From Patescibacteria group bacterium (GTDB taxonomy: Bacteria; Patescibacteriota; Patescibacteriia; JAHJFT01): 64,000 nucleotides of DNA. Location: positions 359,397-423,396 of the forward strand of contig JAQTTB010000001.1 in assembly GCA_028710985.1 (NCBI GenBank). The letters are read 5' to 3'. Below are positions 55,385 to 64,000 of this stretch, piece by piece. The translations under genes were made by a program, and so were the position numbers. The notes below the pieces were generated by a model, which saw only the letters and a list, made by a program, of their open reading frames with translations, was not told where the DNA came from and made no database searches. Each line of letters begins with the position of its first letter. Within the stretch, counting starts at the first letter, position 1.

Positions 55385-58039
55385 TCAGAATTTTTTTTCG
55401 AGAAGAATTGCAAAAAAAGCATCGGTTGTCAGTTTCTGTTCAAGCTTTCCCATCATCAGTTCCGGAACATTGGACCAGAGCGCCTGATAACGCGCTGGAT
55501 AAATAATCGACTGGCTGAAATCAATTTTTTCGGCGCCCGGTTGTCTCTGCAAAAGCATGGAGTAAGTTTGCGTGATTGGAAAACCAAGCTTTTCTTTAGC
55601 CGTGGCCAAAAGTCCGGTTGGTTCCGCGGATGAGATGCGGAACGGCAGGCGGTATTTAAAGGTAATTAGGGTTGATTCGCCGGGCTTGGTTTGTGTCCAA
55701 CCGCCAAAAACCGTTTTACCAAATTCGTTATTGATCTTGGCGCCGGAATTATGAAAGCTCCATGTTCCCTCAATTTCGGCAAGATCCGAATCAACCCCCG
55801 CGCCCTTTCGCGGTTCGTCAAAAAGTTCTGGTGCCGGTGGATTGAACCCCGATGCGTTAAGAAGCTCGGCGCCTTGCGGTACATAGACCCGTAGATAATT
55901 TACATTGTTCACGCCGGAAAATCCCTGATTTTTTATTCCATCATGCGCTCTTGCCACCGTCAGTGTATTGACGATGTCGCCGTTTTCCGAAATTTCGGTT
56001 TTTAAATCAACGTTCTGCGAAATGACGCCGTCGGTTTTGCCTCCGGCAATATTTGCGTTCACGAGCATAAGATAATCCTGATCCGCTTTTTTGATTTCGC
56101 CGGTCCAGCCATGCTCCGAAAGGCCCCGCTCAATCGCCGCGTTCTGGTGATAAATCATAATCTGCCGTTCGGTGAGGCTCGAACCCAGAGCCTCGAGGGT
56201 TTCAATGAATTGTTCGCGGTTTGCGTGCATCATGCGGTCAAGAAGGATTGGCGCGAGATCGCCGATGACTTTCTTGGGCTTGTTTTCAGTTTTGTCATAT
56301 TCAAGTTCAACGATTTTTTGGGTTTCTTCAATAAAATTTTCCGCGGTAAACGTTCGGCCGTAGGCCGGCATTTCAATGGGCCCGTAAATTTCAAGGAGCC
56401 GCTCCATCACCGTGGCCGTAATGACCACCACGCCGTCCGGCGTCGGGCCGCCTGAATGCTCATAGAACCAGATTATTTTTTTGGCCGAGGTCGGAAAATC
56501 GGCAAACCAATTCGCGTCCTGAAATTCCCAGCGGTCGGCAATCAGGCGCAGGGGTTCGGGCGGAATGACATCCGTGTCCAGGCTGCCTTGCATATCGTAG
56601 GTGCCGCCGCCCGGAACCTCGATGTTTTTAATTTCGCCGCGGTCCATGTCGATAAGAGCGAAGGATCCCATGAATCCGCCGGTCGGCCGGATCTCGGTAT
56701 TATTTTCAAAAATAAATAAATATCGCTGGTTTTGTTCCTTTCCAAGAAAGAGTTCCATGGTTTCGCCGAGATTTATAAAGTCGTTCAGGCTTTGTTGGAT
56801 AAGGGTAAGATTGCCGTAGGCGAGTGAGAAATTTTTTTGATATTCTTCCGGAAGCGCGCCGAGGTCCACGGCCCGGGCCTGTTCTTCGGCCAGTGTTATG
56901 AGCGGTTCGGCCTGACGGACATAAGCAAGCATTGCGTCAAGTTTTGTCACGAGATTAATGCTGTCTTCGGCGAGAAGCCCCTGCGCTCCTTTGGCGAGAA
57001 GCACCGCCGCGGCGGTCAGATTATCCCCCATGGCGATAAGCGCTTCTCCGGTCTGGACTTTTTTTCCGGCGCTCGGGGTAAGTTCCGCGATTTCAATGAG
57101 CAGGCGATTCACGCGGCTGAGTTCTTGCCCGGCTTCGCGGAAAGAGCGGTTTGCCTGTTCGATAGAAAACAGCGCGCGCGTCAGATCTTCTCCGCCTTTG
57201 GCTGCGGCCGAGAGCTCGGCCACGGCATCACGGCCATAACGCTCGATCGTATCTTTTGTGTCGCGGACGTTTTTATAATAAGCATATCCCTCGAACGGGA
57301 GCACGACGACAAGCACGAGCCCGGCGAGCGATACGATGGCCCGCATCCAGCCCTGGGGCGGCTCAAAAATAATCGGCGCGGCAAGATGCTCAAGGGGAGT
57401 TTCGATAAAATCTTCGCGGAAGCGATCCGCCGCCGGCCGCAGGAATGAAAATGGCCAATTGAGCCCGCGTTCCAGCTTGCAGAGGACAAGCCCGGCGATT
57501 TCCGCCACGCCAAAAAGCGCGAGTTCGCCGACTGGTGTGGCATCTTCTTTTTTAAAATCATCCATCAGCTCTTCGATATTGATTTCTGAGTCAGTGATAT
57601 TGAGTCCGGCATTCGGGCCGCCGTCCCGAAGTTCGGCGAACGTCTGTTCAACCGTGAGCGCCGATTCGGGCGAGGTCAAATCCATGCGCTCGAGCCGGGG
57701 TGGCCGTTCATCTTCGTAATACAAATCAACCACAAAAGGCGATCTTGCGGTTTTTTCGAGTTTCACGGGGATTATTTTATGCGTTGGTTTTTTTGCGGTT
57801 ATGCGGACGGTTTCGGCTTGAGGCGTGGCCGCCTTAACTTCAATATTCATTCGGGCGGCTGGTCTTCGGGTCGTTTTTTTTCGGCGTGATATTTTTTTTG
57901 CCGCCTTTTTTGACCGAATCGGCAAAATCCGCTTTTTCTTAAGCGGTTTTTTCAGAGTCTTTTTCACCGGTTTTTTTGTCTTTTTTGCGGATTTTTTGCC
58001 GGCCAATGTTTTCTTGATTTTTTTCCTCTCTTGAGCCAT
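55385..58039 (-). CDS. DUF4012-domain membrane protein with a Lys/Arg-rich N-terminus
   Basis: YLFIFENNTEIRPTGGFMGS, FQDANWFADFPTSA and YLRVYVPQGA motifs. Confidence 0.85.
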   Translation of the reverse strand: MAQERKKIKKTLAGKKSAKKTKKPVKKTLKKPLKKKRILPIRSKKAAKKISRRKKTTRRPAARMNIEVKAATPQAETVRITAKKPTHKIIPVKLEKTARSPFVVDLYYEDERPPRLERMDLTSPESALTVEQTFAELRDGGPNAGLNITDSEINIEELMDDFKKEDATPVGELALFGVAEIAGLVLCKLERGLNWPFSFLRPAADRFREDFIETPLEHLAAPIIFEPPQGWMRAIVSLAGLVLVVVLPFEGYAYYKNVRDTKDTIERYGRDAVAELSAAAKGGEDLTRALFSIEQANRSFREAGQELSRVNRLLIEIAELTPSAGKKVQTGEALIAMGDNLTAAAVLLAKGAQGLLAEDSINLVTKLDAMLAYVRQAEPLITLAEEQARAVDLGALPEEYQKNFSLAYGNLTLIQQSLNDFINLGETMELFLGKEQNQRYLFIFENNTEIRPTGGFMGSFALIDMDRGEIKNIEVPGGGTYDMQGSLDTDVIPPEPLRLIADRWEFQDANWFADFPTSAKKIIWFYEHSGGPTPDGVVVITATVMERLLEIYGPIEMPAYGRTFTAENFIEETQKIVELEYDKTENKPKKVIGDLAPILLDRMMHANREQFIETLEALGSSLTERQIMIYHQNAAIERGLSEHGWTGEIKKADQDYLMLVNANIAGGKTDGVISQNVDLKTEISENGDIVNTLTVARAHDGIKNQGFSGVNNVNYLRVYVPQGAELLNASGFNPPAPELFDEPRKGAGVDSDLAEIEGTWSFHNSGAKINNEFGKTVFGGWTQTKPGESTLITFKYRLPFRISSAEPTGLLATAKEKLGFPITQTYSMLLQRQPGAEKIDFSQSIIYPARYQALWSNVPELMMGKLEQKLTTDAFFAILLEKKF

Positions 58040-58158
58040 GATATTGCAATAAAATGTTCTTGAATTATATCATTTTTAGGGCATTAAAACAAAACTTTTT
58101 AACCACAATTTAAAAACCGGGCCAACGGGCCCGGCGAATGCGACAAGGCGTTAATTGT

Positions 58159-58635
58159 TTAAGCCATTTCGTAATGAAATTCGTCGTCATCTGTGTTCGG
58201 ACTGGTCGCGATTACTAGGAGAACCGCGCCGGCCTTTTTTGCGGTTACGCGATGGCTGATGAGCGAAGGCACGAAAAACACCGCACCTTCAGCCGAGCGC
58301 AAATCGAGTTGGACGCGTTCTTTTGTGTCAATGTCTTCCAGGGTGACGGTAAAACTTCCGCAGATCGGAATAAAGAGCTCTTTTTTCTTTTGATGATAGT
58401 GGTTGCCGGCCGAATTGCCGTCTTCCAGAAATCGGACATAGTAAGAATAGTGCGCCTTAAAGCTCGGAATTATTGGAAATCGGTCATCGAAATTTACCAC
58501 AAGCTCACGGCCAGGCTTCGCCGGATTTCGTCGCGGCGTCATATAAAATAACGTTCCGAGTTTATAATCCTTTTTATCTGTCGGATGAGAGAATTGATCC
58601 ATGGGATCTTCCTGGCGGGGGATAATATTTTCCAT
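58159..58635 (-). CDS. Cupin, FdtA/WxcM-like sugar 3,4-ketoisomerase/epimerase
   Basis: GNHYHQKKKELF..ICG and VPSLISH cupin motifs, inside the glycan cluster. Confidence 0.72.
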   Translation of the reverse strand: MENIIPRQEDPMDQFSHPTDKKDYKLGTLFYMTPRRNPAKPGRELVVNFDDRFPIIPSFKAHYSYYVRFLEDGNSAGNHYHQKKKELFIPICGSFTVTLEDIDTKERVQLDLRSAEGAVFFVPSLISHRVTAKKAGAVLLVIATSPNTDDDEFHYEMA

Positions 58636-58637
58636 GC

Positions 58638-59780
58638 TTAGAGTGCTTTAGAATAAATTTCTAATATTTCTCTTGCCATTTTTTGCCAGTCGTATTTTTG
58701 CATATGCAATTTTCCGGCGTTCAGGATGGTCCGGCGCAATATCTTGTTGTCCAGGCCTTCGGCAATGGCGCGGGCCATGTCATCTGGGTCGCGCGGATTA
58801 AAATAGATCGCGCCCGGACCGAGAATCTCGGGGAGACACGACGCGTTCGAGCTCGCGACCGGCAGATTGAAGCTCGCGGCCTCGAGCGGCGGCAGGCCGA
58901 ATCCCTCGGAGAGCGAAGGAAATACATAAAGGCTCGCTCGCCGGTAGAGCCGCGGCAGGTCGCGGTCGTCAATGAATCCGGTAAAATTTACTTCTTCGGG
59001 CACTTTAATTCCCCGGCCGCGGGTTTCGCGCTCCAGACGTTCGTAAAAAAAGTTTTTTTGCCCGGCGAGCACGAGCTGGAGTTCGGGCTTGGTTTCGCGG
59101 AGCCGTAAAAAAGCTTGGATGAGCATTTCCAGATTCTTGTGCGGATAAGCGTTGCCAAGATACAGGATAAACGGCTCACGGATTTTGCGTTCCGCTAAAA
59201 ATGCGGCGTCCTGCTCCAGTCCGAGGCTGGCTTCATCGAGCCGCGTCATGCCTTCGTAAACAACTTTGATTTTTTGCGCCACGGTTTTGGGAAAATATTT
59301 CAATATGCTCGCTTTTACATATTCTGACGGCACAATAATACTCTGCGAGCGCGAAACCGCGTGGCCGAGTATTTGTCGGTACGCCGCATATTTAATTCCG
59401 TAGATGAGCGGACCGAGCGTGGTCGCGCGCGTGCTCGGATGTTCAAGCAGGATCAGGTCGTGGATTGTCACCACGAACGGGGTTTTGTCAAAAAGCGGAA
59501 CATTAAAATGCGGATAATGCACAAGCTCGCAGCCAGTCTCTCGGACGAGCCGCGGCATCTCGGTTTGTTCTTTGAATGAGTACCAGGGGATATCGGCCAG
59601 TATCTTATGGAAGTTCGCGGTTTCTGACGCCTCGTGCCAGTTGCTTTTACGCAAAAATAAAAAATAGTCATTCTCGCGGTCAATCCGCTGAAGATTGATG
59701 ACCAGCTCTTTGATATAGCGGCCCAGTCCGCCGCCGGCGGTTTTTGGCCCCAAAAGCCTTGCGTCAATGCCGATTTTCAT
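58638..59780 (-). CDS. Glycosyltransferase family 4 (GT-B)
   Basis: MKIGIDAR, TIHDL, YPHKN and PSLSEGFGLPPLEA motifs. Confidence 0.93.
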   Translation of the reverse strand: MKIGIDARLLGPKTAGGGLGRYIKELVINLQRIDRENDYFLFLRKSNWHEASETANFHKILADIPWYSFKEQTEMPRLVRETGCELVHYPHFNVPLFDKTPFVVTIHDLILLEHPSTRATTLGPLIYGIKYAAYRQILGHAVSRSQSIIVPSEYVKASILKYFPKTVAQKIKVVYEGMTRLDEASLGLEQDAAFLAERKIREPFILYLGNAYPHKNLEMLIQAFLRLRETKPELQLVLAGQKNFFYERLERETRGRGIKVPEEVNFTGFIDDRDLPRLYRRASLYVFPSLSEGFGLPPLEAASFNLPVASSNASCLPEILGPGAIYFNPRDPDDMARAIAEGLDNKILRRTILNAGKLHMQKYDWQKMAREILEIYSKAL

Positions 59781-59865
59781 ACGCGGCTATTTTAACTAAA
59801 AATTCGTCCCTTGACAAACCGTCCTCTCCGTGTTAAGCTTTCATGATTCATGATAGGAGGATGTT

Positions 59866-60330
59866 ATGTCGTCTGATGAGTCATCCACTTCCATTCCCGA
59901 TGGTTCTTTCATTGAGATTTTGGGCGTAAAATTCAGGCGTTCCGCCAATTTGGCCGGTCGCGCCGATTTCCAGATCAGAGAAGATACCGGCAACCCCGCC
60001 TATCGGATGCTTGAACCATGTTTCCGGATGGAAATATTGGTGCGTCCAAACGTTGGTGAACGGGTGCGCCGAGCACTCCAAGAGAACACTTACGTAGACA
60101 AGGAGTCGATTCAGCCAAGGTCACCGGATAAGGGCTGGATGCGCTGGAAGGCGATTGTCCGTTTTAAGACCGCCGGCGATCCCCGGACCGAGGACGGTCT
60201 GCACATGCGCGAGGAGTCCATCGAGTTCGTCTGGCAGCGTCTTGTTGCCATATTGACCGAGGCAGTTCTGGTCGCGTCGTCGCCACGCCGCGAACGTCCG
60301 CTATCCTACATCTGCTCCCGGCAAAACTGA
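59866..60330 (+). CDS. Hypothetical protein inserted antiparallel between glycosyltransferase genes
   Basis: Own TTGACA-17-TAAGCT promoter and AGGAGG SD. Confidence 0.65.
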   Translation: MSSDESSTSIPDGSFIEILGVKFRRSANLAGRADFQIREDTGNPAYRMLEPCFRMEILVRPNVGERVRRALQENTYVDKESIQPRSPDKGWMRWKAIVRFKTAGDPRTEDGLHMREESIEFVWQRLVAILTEAVLVASSPRRERPLSYICSRQN

Positions 60331-60340
60331 TCCGTCTGTC

Positions 60341-61438
60341 TCATGCAGCGGATCGTTTTTTTATAAGCGCGAGCATTTCCTGCCCGGCTTTGTCCCAGGA
60401 ATATTTTTTGAGAATCTCTGCGCTGCGGTTCCGGAGATTCTGTCGCAGTGTCTCGTCGGTGAGCGCCGTTTCCATCGCCGCGGCGAGTTCAGCCGGATTG
60501 TCCGGATTCGCAAAAACGGCCGCGTCTTCGAGCACCTCGGGAAGAGAACCGGCGTGACTTGCCACCACTGGCGTTCCGGCGGACATTGCTTCAAGCGGCG
60601 GAAAACCGAAGCCTTCGTAAAAGCTCGGATAGGCAAAAAGTCCGGCAAGCGCGTAGAGCGCGGCTTTGTCGTTCGGATCCACGTAGTCAATTGTGCGGAT
60701 TTTATCCGCTCCCCAGCCGCGCGGCCCGGCAACCACGAGCTCGTGAGTCAGGCCGGAATTTTTTTTCATTATTTTAAAAGCCCGGATCAGGGCCGGAAGG
60801 TTCTTGCGCGATTCAACCGCGCCGAGATAGAGAATAAATTTTTCCGGCAGGTTGTATTTTTCGCGCACGCGATCAAGCGACGCCCGGTCGTATACCATGC
60901 GCGCCACGCCCGGATAGATTACGGAAATTTTTTCCTCCGGTATGCCAAAAATACTGATTAAATCCCGCTTGGTGTTCTCCGAAACCGCGGTAATCGCGTC
61001 GGCGGCGTGGCACATTTTTTTGGCATTTACCGCCCAGTGCCAGGCCCGGCTCTTTGGTGAAAAAAACCCCGGATTAATCGAAAAGCTTAAATCATGGACC
61101 ACGAGTATTTTTTTGATCCCCGCGGAAAGCGCATAAAAATTCAGATTTGGAAAAATGAACGCGTCCAATTTTTCGCCGATCAGGCTGTCAATTCGCGGCG
61201 CGCAAAAAGATTTGAAATACAAATTGAGAGTCTTGTTCGGAAAACGAAAATGCTTGTCGTGAATATTGCTGCCGCCCTCGGGCAGGGGGACGGCAGCAAG
61301 ATTTTTCGCATTGGAGAAAATGTAATAATCGTTTTCCCGATCAATCTTAAAAATGGCGTCCAAGAGATGCCAGGTGTATTCTCCGACGCCGCTTCTCTTC
61401 CGTTCCTGGAGTGGCCGCGCATCAATACCGATTTTCAT
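60341..61438 (-). CDS. Glycosyltransferase family 4 (GT-B)
   Basis: MKIGIDAR, VHDL, ESRKN and PSFYEGFGFPPLEA motifs. Confidence 0.93.
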   Translation of the reverse strand: MKIGIDARPLQERKRSGVGEYTWHLLDAIFKIDRENDYYIFSNAKNLAAVPLPEGGSNIHDKHFRFPNKTLNLYFKSFCAPRIDSLIGEKLDAFIFPNLNFYALSAGIKKILVVHDLSFSINPGFFSPKSRAWHWAVNAKKMCHAADAITAVSENTKRDLISIFGIPEEKISVIYPGVARMVYDRASLDRVREKYNLPEKFILYLGAVESRKNLPALIRAFKIMKKNSGLTHELVVAGPRGWGADKIRTIDYVDPNDKAALYALAGLFAYPSFYEGFGFPPLEAMSAGTPVVASHAGSLPEVLEDAAVFANPDNPAELAAAMETALTDETLRQNLRNRSAEILKKYSWDKAGQEMLALIKKRSAA

Positions 61439-62540
61439 AAAATCTTTTTTGGCCGAATTCGGTCCATTTATTATTCACGTAATCTCGGATTTGCGCCTTA
61501 AATCTCTCTTCGTCGAACTGCGCCGCGTATTCTTTAATGGTTTGGGGATTGTATTTTTCCGGCTGGAAGCGGATGATGAGCGCGCCAAGCTCTTCCCAGG
61601 ACTGTTCATCCATGAATTCCCCGGTTTGTCCGGGCACCACGGTTTCCATGGCGCCGCCGGCCGCGTATGCGATAACCGGCCGGCCTGAGGCCATTGCCTC
61701 CACGGCTGTAATGCCAAAATCTTCAATCTGCGGATGAATGTAGGCGATGCATTTTGAATAAAGCCCGGCCCTCTCTTCGTCCGAAACGTGGCCCAAAAAT
61801 TCAATGTTCGACTTTGCAAGAGCGCGGAGTTTGTTCATCGCTGGTCCGACGCCAAAAATTTTGAGTGGTATGCCGAGTTTATTGAAGGCGCGGATGGCGA
61901 TGTCAAACCTTTTGTATCCGACCAGCCGACCGCCCGCCAGGAAATAATTTTCCGGACGCGAAATTGAAAAGAGTTTTGTTTCCACGGGTGGATAGATGAT
62001 ATCGCTGGGCCGGCGGTAGTATTTTTGGATGCGGTCACGCACGGTTGCCGAATTTGCCACGAACCGGTCGACGCGGCCGGCGGCCATCATGTCCCACTGA
62101 CGCAGGCTTTTTAAGACGAACGGAATAATTTTTTTTATAAAACGATTATAGTTCAGATCCTCGATGTACTGATGCATGTCGCTCCAGAGGAAGCGCGTCG
62201 GCGTATGACAGTAGCAGACGTGGAGGGTGCGCGGATTGGTAATCGCGCCTTTGGAAAATGCGGACGAACTTGAGAGTACGATGTCGTAATCCTCTAGATT
62301 ATGCTGTTCGGTGGCGAGGGGCATGAGCGGAAGATACCACTGATATTTTTTTATGCCCGCCGGCATGTTTTGCAAAAAAGAAGTGCGGATATCTTTATTC
62401 AAAAACACCGGGTTTGATTTTTCCCGGTCGTGCAGCAGCACGTATGTGGGGGATTCTGGCCAGACTTGCTGGAATGATTTTAATACTTTCTCCGCCCCCC
62501 CGTCTTGGATCAAGTAGTCATGAACTAATGCAATCTTCAT
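61422..62540 (-). CDS. Glycosyltransferase family 4 (mannosyltransferase-like)
   Basis: MKIALVHDYL..GGAE, YCHTPTR and EDFGITAVEAMASG motifs. Confidence 0.93.
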   Translation of the reverse strand: MKIALVHDYLIQDGGAEKVLKSFQQVWPESPTYVLLHDREKSNPVFLNKDIRTSFLQNMPAGIKKYQWYLPLMPLATEQHNLEDYDIVLSSSSAFSKGAITNPRTLHVCYCHTPTRFLWSDMHQYIEDLNYNRFIKKIIPFVLKSLRQWDMMAAGRVDRFVANSATVRDRIQKYYRRPSDIIYPPVETKLFSISRPENYFLAGGRLVGYKRFDIAIRAFNKLGIPLKIFGVGPAMNKLRALAKSNIEFLGHVSDEERAGLYSKCIAYIHPQIEDFGITAVEAMASGRPVIAYAAGGAMETVVPGQTGEFMDEQSWEELGALIIRFQPEKYNPQTIKEYAAQFDEERFKAQIRDYVNNKWTEFGQKRFYENRY

Positions 62541-62567
62541 GTTTGAAATTTGGTATCTGGATTTTAT

Positions 62568-63995
62568 TTAGTAGACGCCTTTTCTTTGTATTACCACAAA
62601 AGGAGTCTTTAGTAAAATCCAGATATCGAGCCAGAGAGACCAGTGCTCGATGTAATATATGTCCAGTCGCGCTTCTTCTTCAAATTCAAGGTCAGAACGG
62701 CCGGAAATCTGGGCAAGGCCGGTGACGCCCGGACGGATGAAGTGAATCTGCTTCTGTTCGGCCGCGTAATTTTCTACCTCGCGGGGCTGGTGCGGCCGTG
62801 GTCCGACAAGCGACATACTGCCCGCCAGAACGTTGAAAAATTGCGGCAGCTCGTCAATGCTGAAGCGCCGGATAAAACGGCCGACACGCGTGACGCGCGG
62901 GTCGTCGGCGATTTTGTAGACCGGACCCTCCTTAATACTGCGTTCTTTAATTAGTCTTTGTTCCAATTCCAAGGCTTTATTCTGGTTTTTGAACTGTGCG
63001 CCGATGCAGTATTCTTTATACATGGACCGGAATTTATATGTGAAAAATTTTTTTCCGAATACACCGACCCGTTCGTTTTTAAAAATTATCGGCCCCCTTG
63101 ATTCTAAGCGAATAATAATGGCAGTTAGAGTAAGGAGCGGTGAAGTTATGACAATGAGAAAGAGAGACCCGGTGATGTCAAACGCGCGTTTCAGTATCCG
63201 GCCCCAGCCCCGGAGCGGCGTGCGCGCCATTTCAATAATCGGAATGCCGGCCAGGGTTTCAAACGTGATGTTTGTCGCTTGCGTGGCAAAAAGATCGGCC
63301 GTATATTTAAAAATAATGTGGTGCTCGTCGGCAAAGCTCAGGATTTTAAGTGCGAGTCCTTTTGCGGCCCTGGGGTCAGAAAGAAGAATTTCGTCAATGC
63401 GTTCGCGGCCGTGGATTTTAAGTATTTCCCTTTCAATCGTCGTGTCAAAACTGTTAAAATTCGCGACCACCGCAAAACCCAGGCCCGGATTGGCGCGCAA
63501 GAGATGGATGATATTATCCGTGATTTTATCCGAACCGATGACGATCACGCGGTTAAGCCCGACTCCGGCGCGGTAGAGTGTATGCTGGATTACCCGGACG
63601 ATGAGGCGGGCAAGCGCCACGAACAGGATGCTAAAAATCCACGCGGCGATAACCAAAAAACGCGAAGAAAAAAGTTCGCGCTGGAAAAATATAAGCACAA
63701 TCACCGCGAGTATTCCGGTTGAGCAGGCGAGGAGTATTCTGACGAATTCGTTTGAGACCTTGCGGCGTTTTATTTGATACAGGCCGGCGGCGGCGAAAAT
63801 CAAAAGCCAGGCCGTGGCAATGATCATGCTCGCTCCGAAATAATCGCGGAACGGCAGTTCATAAATCACCGGCCGGAGTTCGGTCACGGCCGCGGATTGA
63901 AAGCGCAGAAAATAGGCGGTTGCCGCCGCGAGGGCGAGCATCAAAAAATCAAGCGGCAAAAGCAGGGCGGAGAAGAATAGCTGGAATTTTTTCAT
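62568..63995 (-). CDS. Undecaprenyl-phosphate glycosylphosphotransferase (WcaJ/CpsE-type priming transferase)
   Basis: N-terminal transmembrane helices, [39 protein letters not shown] and PGVTGLAQ motifs. Confidence 0.94.
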   Translation of the reverse strand: MKKFQLFFSALLLPLDFLMLALAAATAYFLRFQSAAVTELRPVIYELPFRDYFGASMIIATAWLLIFAAAGLYQIKRRKVSNEFVRILLACSTGILAVIVLIFFQRELFSSRFLVIAAWIFSILFVALARLIVRVIQHTLYRAGVGLNRVIVIGSDKITDNIIHLLRANPGLGFAVVANFNSFDTTIEREILKIHGRERIDEILLSDPRAAKGLALKILSFADEHHIIFKYTADLFATQATNITFETLAGIPIIEMARTPLRGWGRILKRAFDITGSLFLIVITSPLLTLTAIIIRLESRGPIIFKNERVGVFGKKFFTYKFRSMYKEYCIGAQFKNQNKALELEQRLIKERSIKEGPVYKIADDPRVTRVGRFIRRFSIDELPQFFNVLAGSMSLVGPRPHQPREVENYAAEQKQIHFIRPGVTGLAQISGRSDLEFEEEARLDIYYIEHWSLWLDIWILLKTPFVVIQRKGVY

Positions 63996-64000
63996 ACTGA

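Overview
A roughly 64 kb chromosomal segment of a small-genome bacterium. The rpoB/rpoC style, a shortened SMC, DUF4012/DUF11/VanW genes, dispersed pilB/pilT and a stand-alone 16S gene with Parcubacteria-type primer mismatches point to Patescibacteria (CPR); TGA is used as stop (code 11). The backbone is housekeeping: rpoBC, yebC, ruvC, galT, ddl, trmD-khpA-rpsP, smc, clpP, tsaDE, ftsH, rpsA, gyrA, rpmF-nusB-rnc, pilB/pilT and a surface-glycan cluster. The unusual signals are non-coding. (1) Nested tRNAs: an intact tRNA-Pro(TGG) sits inside a hairpin-armed insertion in the anticodon of a second, otherwise perfect tRNA-Pro(TGG). Intact tRNA-Gly and tRNA-Glu sit inside palindrome-riddled copies of themselves. 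(2) A 20-bp palindrome (CCTGCCTGCCGGCAGGCAGG) inserts with no target duplication, shown by filled and empty sites within the window. (3) Two promoter-led arrays of orphan genes in which most genes are followed by a conserved, covarying two-hairpin element; the layout is integron-like but there is no attC consensus or integrase. (4) A ~545-nt three-domain structured element next to rpoB. No CRISPR, integrase, transposase or reverse transcriptase is visible. All structures were derived by eye and need computational confirmation.
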